Below, one piece after another: positions 16,814 to 25,545 of a stretch of DNA of 41,400 nucleotides (positions are counted from its first letter, which is position 1; every line of letters begins with the position of its first letter). This DNA comes from a virus (lineage: Duplodnaviria; Caudoviricetes): the IMG/VR virus record IMGVR_UViG_3300025033_000033, positions 1-41,400 of that record. One strand, given 5' to 3'. The notes below the pieces were generated by a model that did no database searches, was not told the DNA's origin, and saw nothing but the letters and a program-made list of their open reading frames with translations. The position numbers and the translations under genes were made by a program.

Positions 16814-18001
16814 ATGGGTAGTGATATGACTGAGCTGGAAGAAAAAGCAACAAATAAGGCAATAAATAATAAATACAACTATTGGCATGGTATGCCTAGA
16901 TTTGTTCAAAACAAAAAAACTGAATACAAAAAGATAATATGCCTTATTGGATTGCAAAAGATATTTCTCAGATTTGATAATGAAGATGATTATAGTGTGT
17001 TTATTGATAGGTGTATGACGTTTGGTGTTGCTCTAGGGAAATTTGTTGTTTTTGAAAGTCTTGATTATGCAGAAGTGGTTCTTGATCAGAAGCTGACATC
17101 AAAAACAAAGTCTATATGGTATCCATTTAGGTCTCACTGGGGTGGCATAACCGAAAAAAAATATTACAGTAATCATCCTGGGCCTAGATTCCCTGTTTAT
17201 ATAGTATCAAAAGGCAGAGCTAGCAATTGACTTACAACAAAGGCATTGGACTTAATGGGCGTCAGCCATTACATTGTTTGCGAGGAGCATGAAGCTAATG
17301 AGTACGAAGAAAAAACAAATGCTAAAATTTTGGTTCTACCAAAAAAATACCTTGATAAGTACGACACTTGCGATAATATTGGTGACACCAAGAGTAAAGG
17401 CCCAGGCGCCGCTAGAAATTTTTGCATAGATCACTTAAAAGCAAATGGATTTTCAAAGCATTGGGTTATGGATGATAACTTAGACGCTTTTCACTACCTA
17501 ACTGATAATGAAAAGCTAGAGGTTAGAACTGGTGCGACATTGGCAGCGACAGAGGATTTTGTTGATCGTTACACAAACGTACCAGTTGCAGGTCTTAACT
17601 ATTATTCATTTTGCAAAAATGGAGATGCGGTTCCTCCAGTTGTATTTAATACTCGAATATACTCCTGCCTGTTAATTGATAACGATTCAGGATACAGATG
17701 GAGAGGGCGGTACAATGAGGACACTGATCTCTCGTTGCGAGTGTTAAAAGATGGTAAATGCACTATACAAATGAACGCATTTCTCTGTGGAAAGGTCACA
17801 ACTCAGCGTATGCGTGGAGGCAACAGCAAAGAGTTTTATGACATTGAGGGAACTAAACCTAAGTCGCAAATGATAGCAGATTTACACCCAGATGTTGCCA
17901 AAGTTGTTTGGCGATTTAATCGTTGGCACCACCATGTAAACTACAGGCAGTTCAAGGAAAACGCATTAAAGATTGTTGACTATGGGTTGTTTTTGAAATA
18001 A
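16814..18001 (+). pseudogene. Putative GREB1/TAGT-like DNA-modification glycosyltransferase fusion with one in-frame TGA (17228-17230); pseudogene or readthrough
   Basis: ORFs 16802-17230 and 17246-18001 share a frame: PVYIVSKGRASN*LTTKALDLMGV; GAARNF, WVMDDN, YSCLLI, RWRGRYNEDTDLSLR. Confidence 0.65.
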
Positions 18002-18036
18002 AAACTCTTTAGATTTTTATGAATTGATTAATGGAG
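17997..18036 (+). repeat. 40-bp direct repeat, copy 2
   Basis: AATAAAAACTCTTTAGATTTTTATGAATTGATTAATGGAG. Confidence 0.95.
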
Positions 18037-18043
18037 GGCAACA

Positions 18044-18229
18044 ATGAAACTAAAAGTTAGCTTATCAATTGGATTTCCATCGGCTTGTAAAAATGCCGTT
18101 ATTGAAGTAGATGATGATGAATATAACGATTGCGAGACAGATGAAGAACGAAACGACTTGCTGAGTGAATATTGGCAGGACTGGGCAAATAATAATATCG
18201 ATGGCGACTATGAGATAGTTGAAGATTAG
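18044..18229 (+). CDS. Small acidic hypothetical protein
   Basis: GGAGG RBS; 61 aa, in an operon-like run. Confidence 0.75.
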   Translation: MKLKVSLSIGFPSACKNAVIEVDDDEYNDCETDEERNDLLSEYWQDWANNNIDGDYEIVED

Positions 18230-18238
18230 GAGGGTGAA

Positions 18239-18616
18239 ATGGATATATATAAAATATACGTGCAACACTTTTCACAGAAGGACAGCCATGAATCAATTGA
18301 GACATTTCTACTTGCTAGCTCAGTAGATAGTGTTTATCGGTGGGTTGATAAAGAAAAACAATATGGATCTTTTTCTGATAGAGAGGAAGATTGCGAAACT
18401 TTCGATATTTACGATGATAAGTATGACGTTATTGGCACTGAAACATTTAAAGAAAAGATGATTAGGATTGGAGGTGAATATTTCGATGAAGATCTTGAGC
18501 TGCATGATCTATATTATGGAGCAACAATTTACGGATGGGAAAAAGCTATTAGCAACCCTAGTGACGCTGAAATTACAGTACTTAGAAAACTCGGAGTACT
18601 TGATGAGTCAGATTAA
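18239..18616 (+). CDS. Hypothetical protein
   Basis: AGGAGG RBS; 125 aa. Confidence 0.75.
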   Translation: MDIYKIYVQHFSQKDSHESIETFLLASSVDSVYRWVDKEKQYGSFSDREEDCETFDIYDDKYDVIGTETFKEKMIRIGGEYFDEDLELHDLYYGATIYGWEKAISNPSDAEITVLRKLGVLDESD

Positions 18617-18648
18617 TAAATAATAAAAGCGCAATTGGAGAATAAATA

Positions 18649-18996
18649 ATGAATAACGAAGCAATGAGAAAGGCGTTTGAAGATAGATTTCAAGACTTAC
18701 CATTGGATGGTGTATTCTGGTCTGAAGAATTAGGCCGCTATACAGCAAAAGAAGAATGGTTGGTTCCAGTCGTAGATTTTTCTAACGATATGTTTGACGT
18801 ATTCAAAGCAGGCATCGAACACCAAAAAAAGCGCACTGATGCACTTGAGTCTATTTTGAGGAAGCTGCTTGATAATGGAGATTGGTTCGAGTCTGCAATT
18901 GAGCTTGATGTTTATACGAAAGACAATGTTTCTGGAGTCGAGCTTGAGAAAGAAGCCATAAAATTAATTGGTAAAAGCGAGGAAGAAAATGACTAA
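18649..18996 (+). CDS. Hypothetical protein
   Basis: GGAG RBS; 115 aa. Confidence 0.7.
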   Translation: MNNEAMRKAFEDRFQDLPLDGVFWSEELGRYTAKEEWLVPVVDFSNDMFDVFKAGIEHQKKRTDALESILRKLLDNGDWFESAIELDVYTKDNVSGVELEKEAIKLIGKSEEEND

Positions 18997-19186
18997 AAAA
19001 GTATTACTTGAAGTACACGATGACAACTTAGTTTATGACGCAACAGGATGCTGTATTGGAACTTGGATGGATTCAATGAAGTCCTTTGAATCTGAAAAGA
19101 TGGATATAAAAGATCTGATCCGATTAAAGGAGGCTGGATTCGACTCTGATGAAATAATTAAGATGAATAAGGAGGGCGTTATTTAA
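18989..19186 (+). CDS. Hypothetical protein
   Basis: ATG 18989 with GAGG; ends 1 nt before the helicase ATG. Confidence 0.65.
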   Translation: MTKKVLLEVHDDNLVYDATGCCIGTWMDSMKSFESEKMDIKDLIRLKEAGFDSDEIIKMNKEGVI

Positions 19187-19187
19187 T

Positions 19188-20837
19188 ATGGCTTTAATAC
19201 CAAGACCATATCAGCTTGGCGCAATTAATGCAGTGATTGACTATTTGTTTGAAACAGATGGTCATCCTTGCATTCAGGCACCTACGGCATCCGGCAAGAG
19301 CTTAATGCAAGCTGAGATAGCTCGTAGGGTGTATGACATAGCACCTGACAAGCAGCAGGTGTTCTTAACAGATGTAACAGCGCTTATCGGCCAGAATAGA
19401 GAAGAACTTCTTGAGCAATGGCCTGACGCGAGAACTACAACATACAGCGCATCTTATGGGCAGAAAAATCATACTGGTGAGCTTGTGTTTTGCGGTATTC
19501 AATCTGTTTACAAGAACGCATCACTATTCAACGACGTGTCTGTTGTTTACATTGACGAAGTTCACAGAGCATCGTTAAAAGTTGGTGGCATGTACCATCA
19601 GTTCTTTACTGAGCTTTGGAAGAAAAACCCTCATGCTAGAATTGTTAGTCTGTCAGCAACTCCTTGGAAGTTGGAATCTGGAACCATTGAAGGTACTTGG
19701 ATCTGTACTGAAATAGTCTATAGCATTCCAATGAGCGAACTCTTTAATGATGGATTTCTATGCCCAATCATAACTCCAAAAACAAGCCTGACTCTCGATT
19801 TTAGTAAGATAAAAAAAGCAAAATCCGGTGAATTTGATGAAGAAGAAATGGCTAGACTCATGGATGACGATAATGTCACCAATGCAGCGCTGGATGATGC
19901 TATGCGATATGCAAGCAACAGAAAGTCAGGATTGATCTTCGCGTGCAACGTTGCCCATGCTGAGCACATTAAGAAAGCATTAGAAGATCGAGGTGAATTT
20001 GCTGAGGTTATCATTGGTGAGACTATCACTGAAGACCGCAAGCGAATCGTTGATGATTTCAAGAACTTCAAACTGAGATGGATTATATCTGTCGGCACAC
20101 TAACAACAGGATTTAATGCAAAGAATGCAGACTTGCTAATCGTGTTGAGAGCAACGCAGTCTAGCAGCCTGTGGCTTCAGATACTTGGTAGAGTGCTCAG
20201 AACACATGAGTCAAAGATAAACGCATTGATTCTTGATTTTGGTTCAAACGTTGAGAGATTTGGTCGAATAGATATGATTGGACCTCCACCAACTAAAGAA
20301 GCTAAGAAGCAAGCAAAGAAAACTCCGTTCAAGCAATGCCAAGGCATCTTATCAAATGGTTGGCAGTGCAATAACATCGTTCCATATCTTGATAAGAGCT
20401 GCCCTAAATGCGGATATGAATTTGGAGGAGATACAACACCGAATCATGGCACTGAGGCGAGCAAAGGCGACCTAACAACCATTAACCAGATTGTTAAGGC
20501 ATTTGATGTTAATAATGTGTCTTGGGCTAAGCACGTAGACGCAAAGGGAAATGACTCGCTAAAGGTAAGCTATCGGTATGGAATTGGCATCAATTCAATT
20601 GAAGATTATTTGTATTTTAGTGGGGAGCCTTGGCAGCGTATTGAGGCGTGTAGATGGTGGGAAGACAGGGTTTCTGGTGACATAGCACACCAATGCCCAA
20701 AGCATATAGAAACGGCTGTCGCAGAGTTAAATCACTACGGCTTAAAGCCATTCTCAAAGATACATGTTGATGTCACTAATGCAAAAGTGACACCATCAGG
20801 TAACTACATTGGTCACAAGATAATTGGTTACGAGTGA
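19188..20837 (+). CDS. Superfamily 2 helicase (RadD/YejH/UvsW-like) with Zn finger
   Basis: PRPYQ, APTASGKS, DEVH, SATP, LTTGFN, QILGRVLR, CPKCGYEF. Confidence 0.92.
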   Translation: MALIPRPYQLGAINAVIDYLFETDGHPCIQAPTASGKSLMQAEIARRVYDIAPDKQQVFLTDVTALIGQNREELLEQWPDARTTTYSASYGQKNHTGELVFCGIQSVYKNASLFNDVSVVYIDEVHRASLKVGGMYHQFFTELWKKNPHARIVSLSATPWKLESGTIEGTWICTEIVYSIPMSELFNDGFLCPIITPKTSLTLDFSKIKKAKSGEFDEEEMARLMDDDNVTNAALDDAMRYASNRKSGLIFACNVAHAEHIKKALEDRGEFAEVIIGETITEDRKRIVDDFKNFKLRWIISVGTLTTGFNAKNADLLIVLRATQSSSLWLQILGRVLRTHESKINALILDFGSNVERFGRIDMIGPPPTKEAKKQAKKTPFKQCQGILSNGWQCNNIVPYLDKSCPKCGYEFGGDTTPNHGTEASKGDLTTINQIVKAFDVNNVSWAKHVDAKGNDSLKVSYRYGIGINSIEDYLYFSGEPWQRIEACRWWEDRVSGDIAHQCPKHIETAVAELNHYGLKPFSKIHVDVTNAKVTPSGNYIGHKIIGYE

Positions 20838-21496
20838 CTTTCTTCAACCTTCTTCATAGACATAATTTCTCCGTTCAAGCGTGATGCGTCTATTTCGATT
20901 CGCTCAATGTCTTGCTCGGAGAAGTTAAAGTGCTTATCGCAGGATTCAATCATCAAACACCCATAGAGCGCGTTTGAATAGTCGAACAACGGTATTGCAT
21001 AGAGCGACTTAACTTTTGCGTATATCAGGTTTTGGTACAGGCCGTAGTCAGTATCTTTTATGTCTGACACATCAGGGAGGGAATAGACTTCATTCTTTAC
21101 TAGCTGTCTAAGTATTCTTGAGTAGAATGACGCTGGAACACCGTTAATTGCAGAGCTGACTGAGTGTACGTTTGGCTTTAACTGCTCATTCCTAATATGA
21201 ACTTTCATGCTAGGTATATTTGCAACATTTACTTCACCGTTTCTTAGTTCAAAGACTATAGCTCGATCAGCGTTGTATTTTTGACGAATCCGATCAAGAT
21301 CGTCCATGACAATGCTGTCATGCTCAATGAACTTATTGTAATCTTGGTGCTTGAATTTAGGCTTCTGGTTGTTCTCGATTGATTTTAATTTTCGCCACAT
21401 AGCAAAAAAAGCTGCAATACCAAGCATTACAGCTACTCCAGCGTAATTTCCAGACGCCACCAATCCACCAAGAATGTTGATAAATGTTGTTTCCAT
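20828..21496 (-). CDS. Membrane protein with GAF-like domain; candidate holin or lysis regulator
   Basis: N-terminal hydrophobic helix; ADRAIVFE, VKSLYAIPLFD, YGCLMIE GAF-like strands; last gene of the lysis cassette. Confidence 0.6.
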   Translation of the reverse strand: METTFINILGGLVASGNYAGVAVMLGIAAFFAMWRKLKSIENNQKPKFKHQDYNKFIEHDSIVMDDLDRIRQKYNADRAIVFELRNGEVNVANIPSMKVHIRNEQLKPNVHSVSSAINGVPASFYSRILRQLVKNEVYSLPDVSDIKDTDYGLYQNLIYAKVKSLYAIPLFDYSNALYGCLMIESCDKHFNFSEQDIERIEIDASRLNGEIMSMKKVEESHS

Positions 21497-21534
21497 GTTC
21501 GACCATTTTAAGTTTATAGTTTTATATTAGGTCG

Positions 21535-21544
21535 ATTATATCAT
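21535..21544 (-). promoter_or_regulatory. Extended -10 promoter motif ATGATATAAT
   Basis: Exact motif; its TGA is the stop codon of the upstream ORF. Confidence 0.65.
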
Positions 21545-21878
21545 TTCCCGCTGTTCTTTTTGTCAAGCTGTGTTTGATAATCTATGATTGAGTCACTGCA
21601 ATCAGCAATCCAATTCCATGCCTCCTGACCCCATATTACGTACTCAGACATCGATAAACCGCCAACGTGAGGATTTATATTGGTCTTTGAGCAATTAAGC
21701 GGAGGCAGCGAATACACGGTCTCTACTACTTTTACTGGCCTATCTATTGGCTCAGGAGGACTAGCAACAGATATTATCTCAGTTTTTACCGGCTTCGAAA
21801 TCCACCCAAGCAGGAACCCGACAAGAAGGCATGTCACCACGACTGTCAATTTCTCTTTTGAGGTTTTCGATAGCAATT
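21541..21878 (-). CDS. Putative o-spanin (Rz1-like); start uncertain
   Basis: Overlaps the 3' end of the i-spanin in another frame; hydrophobic stretch, then Pro-rich region, two Cys and a C-terminal helix. Confidence 0.5.
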
Positions 21879-22189
21879 TGTTTAAGCCTGTCACTGTCTT
21901 TCCAATTATTAATCTTATCAATCTGCTTTCTGAGATCAGAGTTACAATTTTCGATCCTACGCTCAAGATCATCGACAATATCGTCATATTTATCATTTTG
22001 ATTTAATGCCTCTTTGTAAGCTAAGAGATTTGCTTCACTTGATTCTTTCAGCGTTTTATTATCGTTTTCGATAACAGCAATATAGGTTGACTGCTTTTCT
22101 ATTTTCTTCTCATCTTTAATATTGTCAATAGCCTGCCCGCCATTGAAGATTAGTGATAAGATTAAAGCTATACCAAGAATAAAATCCAT
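21779..22189 (-). CDS. Putative i-spanin (Rz-like)
   Basis: N-terminal TM helix, long coiled coil, C-terminal C.VP; downstream of the endolysin. Confidence 0.7.
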   Translation of the reverse strand: MDFILGIALILSLIFNGGQAIDNIKDEKKIEKQSTYIAVIENDNKTLKESSEANLLAYKEALNQNDKYDDIVDDLERRIENCNSDLRKQIDKINNWKDSDRLKQIAIENLKREIDSRGDMPSCRVPAWVDFEAGKN

Positions 22190-22416
22190 CAGTCGTCATC
22201 CTTCTGTAAATGCTTCATGCGCTGAACTTTCTCAATAGCCTCACCAGTAATCCATGCTATGATACCGGAAACCATCATTGGCACTATTATCATTGAAAGT
22301 GATAGCTCATTAGCTCCGATATCGCCAGGTAGGAACATCCATCCAACGACAGTCTGAACGATAAACATCATCCAGAAAACAACTACTTGTCTTGCTCGTC
22401 TAGGTGTTAGAGACAC
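22189..22416 (-). CDS. Small two-TM membrane protein (holin or antiholin candidate)
   Basis: 75 aa with two hydrophobic helices and charged termini, inside the lysis cassette. Confidence 0.6.
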   Translation of the reverse strand: MSLTPRRARQVVVFWMMFIVQTVVGWMFLPGDIGANELSLSMIIVPMMVSGIIAWITGEAIEKVQRMKHLQKDDD

Positions 22417-22951
22417 GATTCACCATCCAGCCATAAATGTATTTTTCATCTTTTTCTCTGCGCTCACAAAGCTCTACATAAAACGCACCCTGAAGACAGT
22501 TAAGCATATTTACAAGAACATCTATACCTTCGTCTCCGCGCTTCTTGTAAAAAGTTTTTAGCGTCAATACAGTGTTATTTCCAACGGCGCCATCAATCTT
22601 TATATCGTTGTAAAATTCTTGCTTGTTGTTCAGAACATTCAGGCATCGTTGCAAAAATTTAGCGCTTGCACCAATACCGAGATTTACACCGGTATCGAAT
22701 AATTCGAATGCAAGGTCTTCATTTATTTCACTGATTTCATTAAGCCGAAGAGAATCCCAATACATTGATTTATAAATTAATCTAGCATCATCTTTTGTGA
22801 GCGACTTTACTGGCTTGGTTAGGCCAAAACTTTCGGCGACAGCCTTTGTTATACCGTACTTTGTTTCACCGCCAGAGTCAGATGGATCATTTGAATAACC
22901 ACCTTCAACTCTGATTATCTCGTTTATAGCGTCTTCTGATTTCTTTATCAT
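22400..22951 (-). CDS. Endolysin, glycoside hydrolase family 108 with PG-binding domain
   Basis: EGGYSNDPSDSGGETKYGIT, FDTGVN.G, LQRCLN, DG.VG..T, YGWMVNRV. Confidence 0.92.
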   Translation of the reverse strand: MIKKSEDAINEIIRVEGGYSNDPSDSGGETKYGITKAVAESFGLTKPVKSLTKDDARLIYKSMYWDSLRLNEISEINEDLAFELFDTGVNLGIGASAKFLQRCLNVLNNKQEFYNDIKIDGAVGNNTVLTLKTFYKKRGDEGIDVLVNMLNCLQGAFYVELCERREKDEKYIYGWMVNRVSNT

Positions 22952-23361
22952 TTTTCGTCATCCTCAATGGCTTTGATTGAGTGTGGCTTACCACCTTCAA
23001 GCAACCAAGATAATTCAAATTCAATTATCTTCCAATGTAATGCACCGGTATCACGCAAGTTTTTACCAACAACACTGGATGCTGTTTGGTCTGCATTTCC
23101 AAATTTATTTGGACAGTCATAAATCAAGTTCAATAGGAACTTAAACACAACCTGCCAGCACTGATCCAAGCTAACTAAGCAGTCAACGCCCCACTTGGTT
23201 AGTGGGATTTTTATGTTTAAAGCATACCTGAAGAACATCAATACAATACACCCAATATAAAAATATATGATATATGGGTGCAGTATAAATAAAAGAACAC
23301 CGGCAGCAACTATCAGAAAATTAAACCATAGTGCGTATATTATCGAAATGAGAGCTTTCAT
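22948..23361 (-). CDS. Hypothetical membrane protein
   Basis: Two N-terminal hydrophobic helices; SLDQ and GNADQTASS motifs. Confidence 0.7.
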   Translation of the reverse strand: MKALISIIYALWFNFLIVAAGVLLFILHPYIIYFYIGCIVLMFFRYALNIKIPLTKWGVDCLVSLDQCWQVVFKFLLNLIYDCPNKFGNADQTASSVVGKNLRDTGALHWKIIEFELSWLLEGGKPHSIKAIEDDEK

Positions 23362-23699
23362 GAAAGAATGCTCATGTATTGTTCAAATATGCGTGCCACT
23401 TCATCTTCACCGTGTCGCAATGCGCCGCGTATGTCATCGGCGGTTATCATTACGAGTCTGTTATCCTCGGCTATCCACGGTGTCGTGCTCTCGCCGTCCT
23501 CTGTCATCCGTTCCAATTTGCGGCGTAGGCGTATCTCGTCTTGTTCGCGGCATTGAATAAAGTCACCATCCGCCGTTTCATACGTGATTGAGTCAAGTGC
23601 GACTTGTCGTGCGGCCTTAGCAGCTTGGCGCGTTTGTTCCGCTGCCTCTGCTGCTTTGTCTTGTGCCGTTGTTACGGTTGCGTTATTCAGCCAAGTCAT
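23358..23699 (-). CDS. Tail-fibre-associated protein (DUF4376-like)
   Basis: Downstream of the tail fibre; helical N-terminus, WIAEDN motif. Confidence 0.6.
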   Translation of the reverse strand: MTWLNNATVTTAQDKAAEAAEQTRQAAKAARQVALDSITYETADGDFIQCREQDEIRLRRKLERMTEDGESTTPWIAEDNRLVMITADDIRGALRHGEDEVARIFEQYMSILS

Positions 23700-23994
23700 T
23701 GCTCACGGCCTCCGGTTCGTAAATGTAGTTAAGCTCCCAAGTGTCGGCGGTAATTTCCACAGGTGTAGGGAATCTCGTTTCATGCGGTGCGTTTGCGCCG
23801 TGTGTTAGTGTGATGGTCAGCTCGAAGTTGTTGCCGTTGCGCGTGCAATTTTTAACGACTGGATGGTCAACCGTTGCACCGTCCGGTATCTCTGACAAGT
23901 CGTAATCAGTGCCGTTGACTGTGAGCGTTGTGTCGTTGATTTCGGCGGTTAGTTTGTCGCCATCGAAGCGAGGGTTAAAGTTAATTTTTATCAT
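23683..23994 (-). CDS. Tail-fibre-associated hypothetical protein
   Basis: MIKINFNP, LTVNG..YDLS.IPDGAT, ANAPHETRFP; directly after the tail fibre. Confidence 0.7.
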   Translation of the reverse strand: MIKINFNPRFDGDKLTAEINDTTLTVNGTDYDLSEIPDGATVDHPVVKNCTRNGNNFELTITLTHGANAPHETRFPTPVEITADTWELNYIYEPEAVSNDLAE

Positions 23995-23996
23995 AA

Positions 23997-25019
23997 TTAG
24001 TACCATCTCCCGATTACTGTCATAACTTCTATGTTTGATCCTTCCGTGCCAATATTGACCGCAGTATTGTTTTTCACTCGCATAGTTACAGCAGATACGG
24101 AAATTGTTTTTTCTAGCTGCGCGATGCCACTACCGGCACTTGTGCCGCCATATCCGAACGGAATGACTACGGGAGTGCTGTGAAATGGAGCAGGAAAGCT
24201 CCATGTCCTATCAAGCTCCGCATTTACTGCCCACCCACCACCTATAGACCTTCTGTGCGTACAAATCTGCGTCCCATCAGCAAACCGCACAAACTCACCA
24301 TTCGCGTTAGAGCCACGCTGAATAACCGCACCCGTAGGTACGCCGCTTGATTGCGAGACTGTGCCTAGGAGGTTTCCGGTGTGGTAGAGTTCTTGCCAAG
24401 CGCCCCAAACCCCACTAACTTTCGTTCGGGTGTATACTGCGCTACCGTCAAAGTCTGTGTGCTGCTGTGTCGCGCCGTTCTCCTCGACGTTTTCGATGTG
24501 AAATAGTAGCCCGCCTAGTGTGCCAGGCTTGTTCAAGTCGCCGCCGTTTATGTTATAAAACCCAGTTGCCGCGATTAGGTTCAAATTATTAGAAGGTGGG
24601 CGTGCCCCAATCGTACCTAAACCAAAATCCCCAACCTTTGTCACTCGTCCAGCAGTTGTGTCGGTAGATGATGTTGTCAAGTCTGCGCTGGCAGCAGTGC
24701 CAAGATCAGATAGCGTTGGAGAATCCTTCACCCATTCGTTAATAATGGCAGCAGGACGCACATCTGTGTCATCAAAAATAGGCTTGCCATCGTAGAAGTC
24801 TCGATGGATCACATAAGGCTGAGAGGCTACTGTAGTTCCACCGTAATTGACAGTGATTGTCACTTGGGTATCTGATGGGATTGATTGAATTATATATACG
24901 AGCTTATTTGGAGCTAAGATCCAGTCTCCTACACTCACATTTGCAAGCCATTCAGTTCCAGATCCAGTAATAACATTAGATCCAGATGCAAATGATGCCG
25001 TACCAATTCTGTATTGCAT
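23997..25019 (-). CDS. Tail fibre protein
   Basis: VITGSGTEW N-terminus, LGTAA..D, KVGDFGLG, knob-like WGAWQELYHTGN, GSNANGEFVRFADGTQIC, terminal IGRWY. Confidence 0.85.
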   Translation of the reverse strand: MQYRIGTASFASGSNVITGSGTEWLANVSVGDWILAPNKLVYIIQSIPSDTQVTITVNYGGTTVASQPYVIHRDFYDGKPIFDDTDVRPAAIINEWVKDSPTLSDLGTAASADLTTSSTDTTAGRVTKVGDFGLGTIGARPPSNNLNLIAATGFYNINGGDLNKPGTLGGLLFHIENVEENGATQQHTDFDGSAVYTRTKVSGVWGAWQELYHTGNLLGTVSQSSGVPTGAVIQRGSNANGEFVRFADGTQICTHRRSIGGGWAVNAELDRTWSFPAPFHSTPVVIPFGYGGTSAGSGIAQLEKTISVSAVTMRVKNNTAVNIGTEGSNIEVMTVIGRWY

Positions 25020-25046
25020 GGTTAAGTCCTAAGTTTAATTATTTCA

Positions 25047-25056
25047 ATTATATCAT
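25047..25056 (-). promoter_or_regulatory. Extended -10 promoter motif ATGATATAAT (tail fibre gene)
   Basis: Exact motif 28 nt upstream of the ATG. Confidence 0.65.
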
Positions 25057-25066
25057 GATAAACCTA

Positions 25067-25095
25067 TTTACATTAAAGTTGCTTGGTGCTAGTAT
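25067..25095 (+). promoter_or_regulatory. Sigma70-type promoter for the plus-strand inserted gene
   Basis: TTTACA (25067-25072), 17-nt spacer ending TGC, TAGTAT (25090-25095). Confidence 0.6.
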
Positions 25096-25128
25096 TGCTT
25101 TATTAAATTAAATAAGAGGGGATTAACT

Positions 25129-25545
25129 ATGAGATTAATGGCAGCACTATTTATCTTTATCATGTCATCGTCAACGTTTGCTGGGTCTGTGTACTTTGGC
25201 GGATACACTGATCATCTAGTAACTGGTAAATTTAACGAAGTTAATCAGGTAGTAATAGCTCAATTCGATGGAGGATTGACAATTGGATCGATGGTTAATT
25301 CATACGGTCGCGACTCGGTAATGGTTGGCTATGTTCAAGACAATGATAAGCCTGTTAAATTTGGCTTAGTTCTAGCCACTGGATACGAGCCTATCAATCT
25401 ATATTTGCAAGATTACTTGGACTCGACTCCTTTGGTTCCTATGCCTTTGGTCTCAATTGACTTAAATGTGTTTAACGGTGCCAGCATAACCGCCAACTGG
25501 ATTAGCGGCGTTGTTATCAATGCTGGGGTTAAGTTTTCTTTTTAA
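25129..25545 (+). CDS. Small outer-membrane beta-barrel protein (PagP-like), moron
   Basis: Sec signal peptide ending TFA, amphipathic strands, C-terminal GVKFSF; own promoter and GAGGGG RBS; opposite strand to its neighbours. Confidence 0.7.
   Translation: MRLMAALFIFIMSSSTFAGSVYFGGYTDHLVTGKFNEVNQVVIAQFDGGLTIGSMVNSYGRDSVMVGYVQDNDKPVKFGLVLATGYEPINLYLQDYLDSTPLVPMPLVSIDLNVFNGASITANWISGVVINAGVKFSF

Noticed and set aside
17228-17230. Genome-wide TGA reassignment
   Set aside because: Many genes here end cleanly in TGA, often in ATGA overlaps, and no other gene appears broken by TGA
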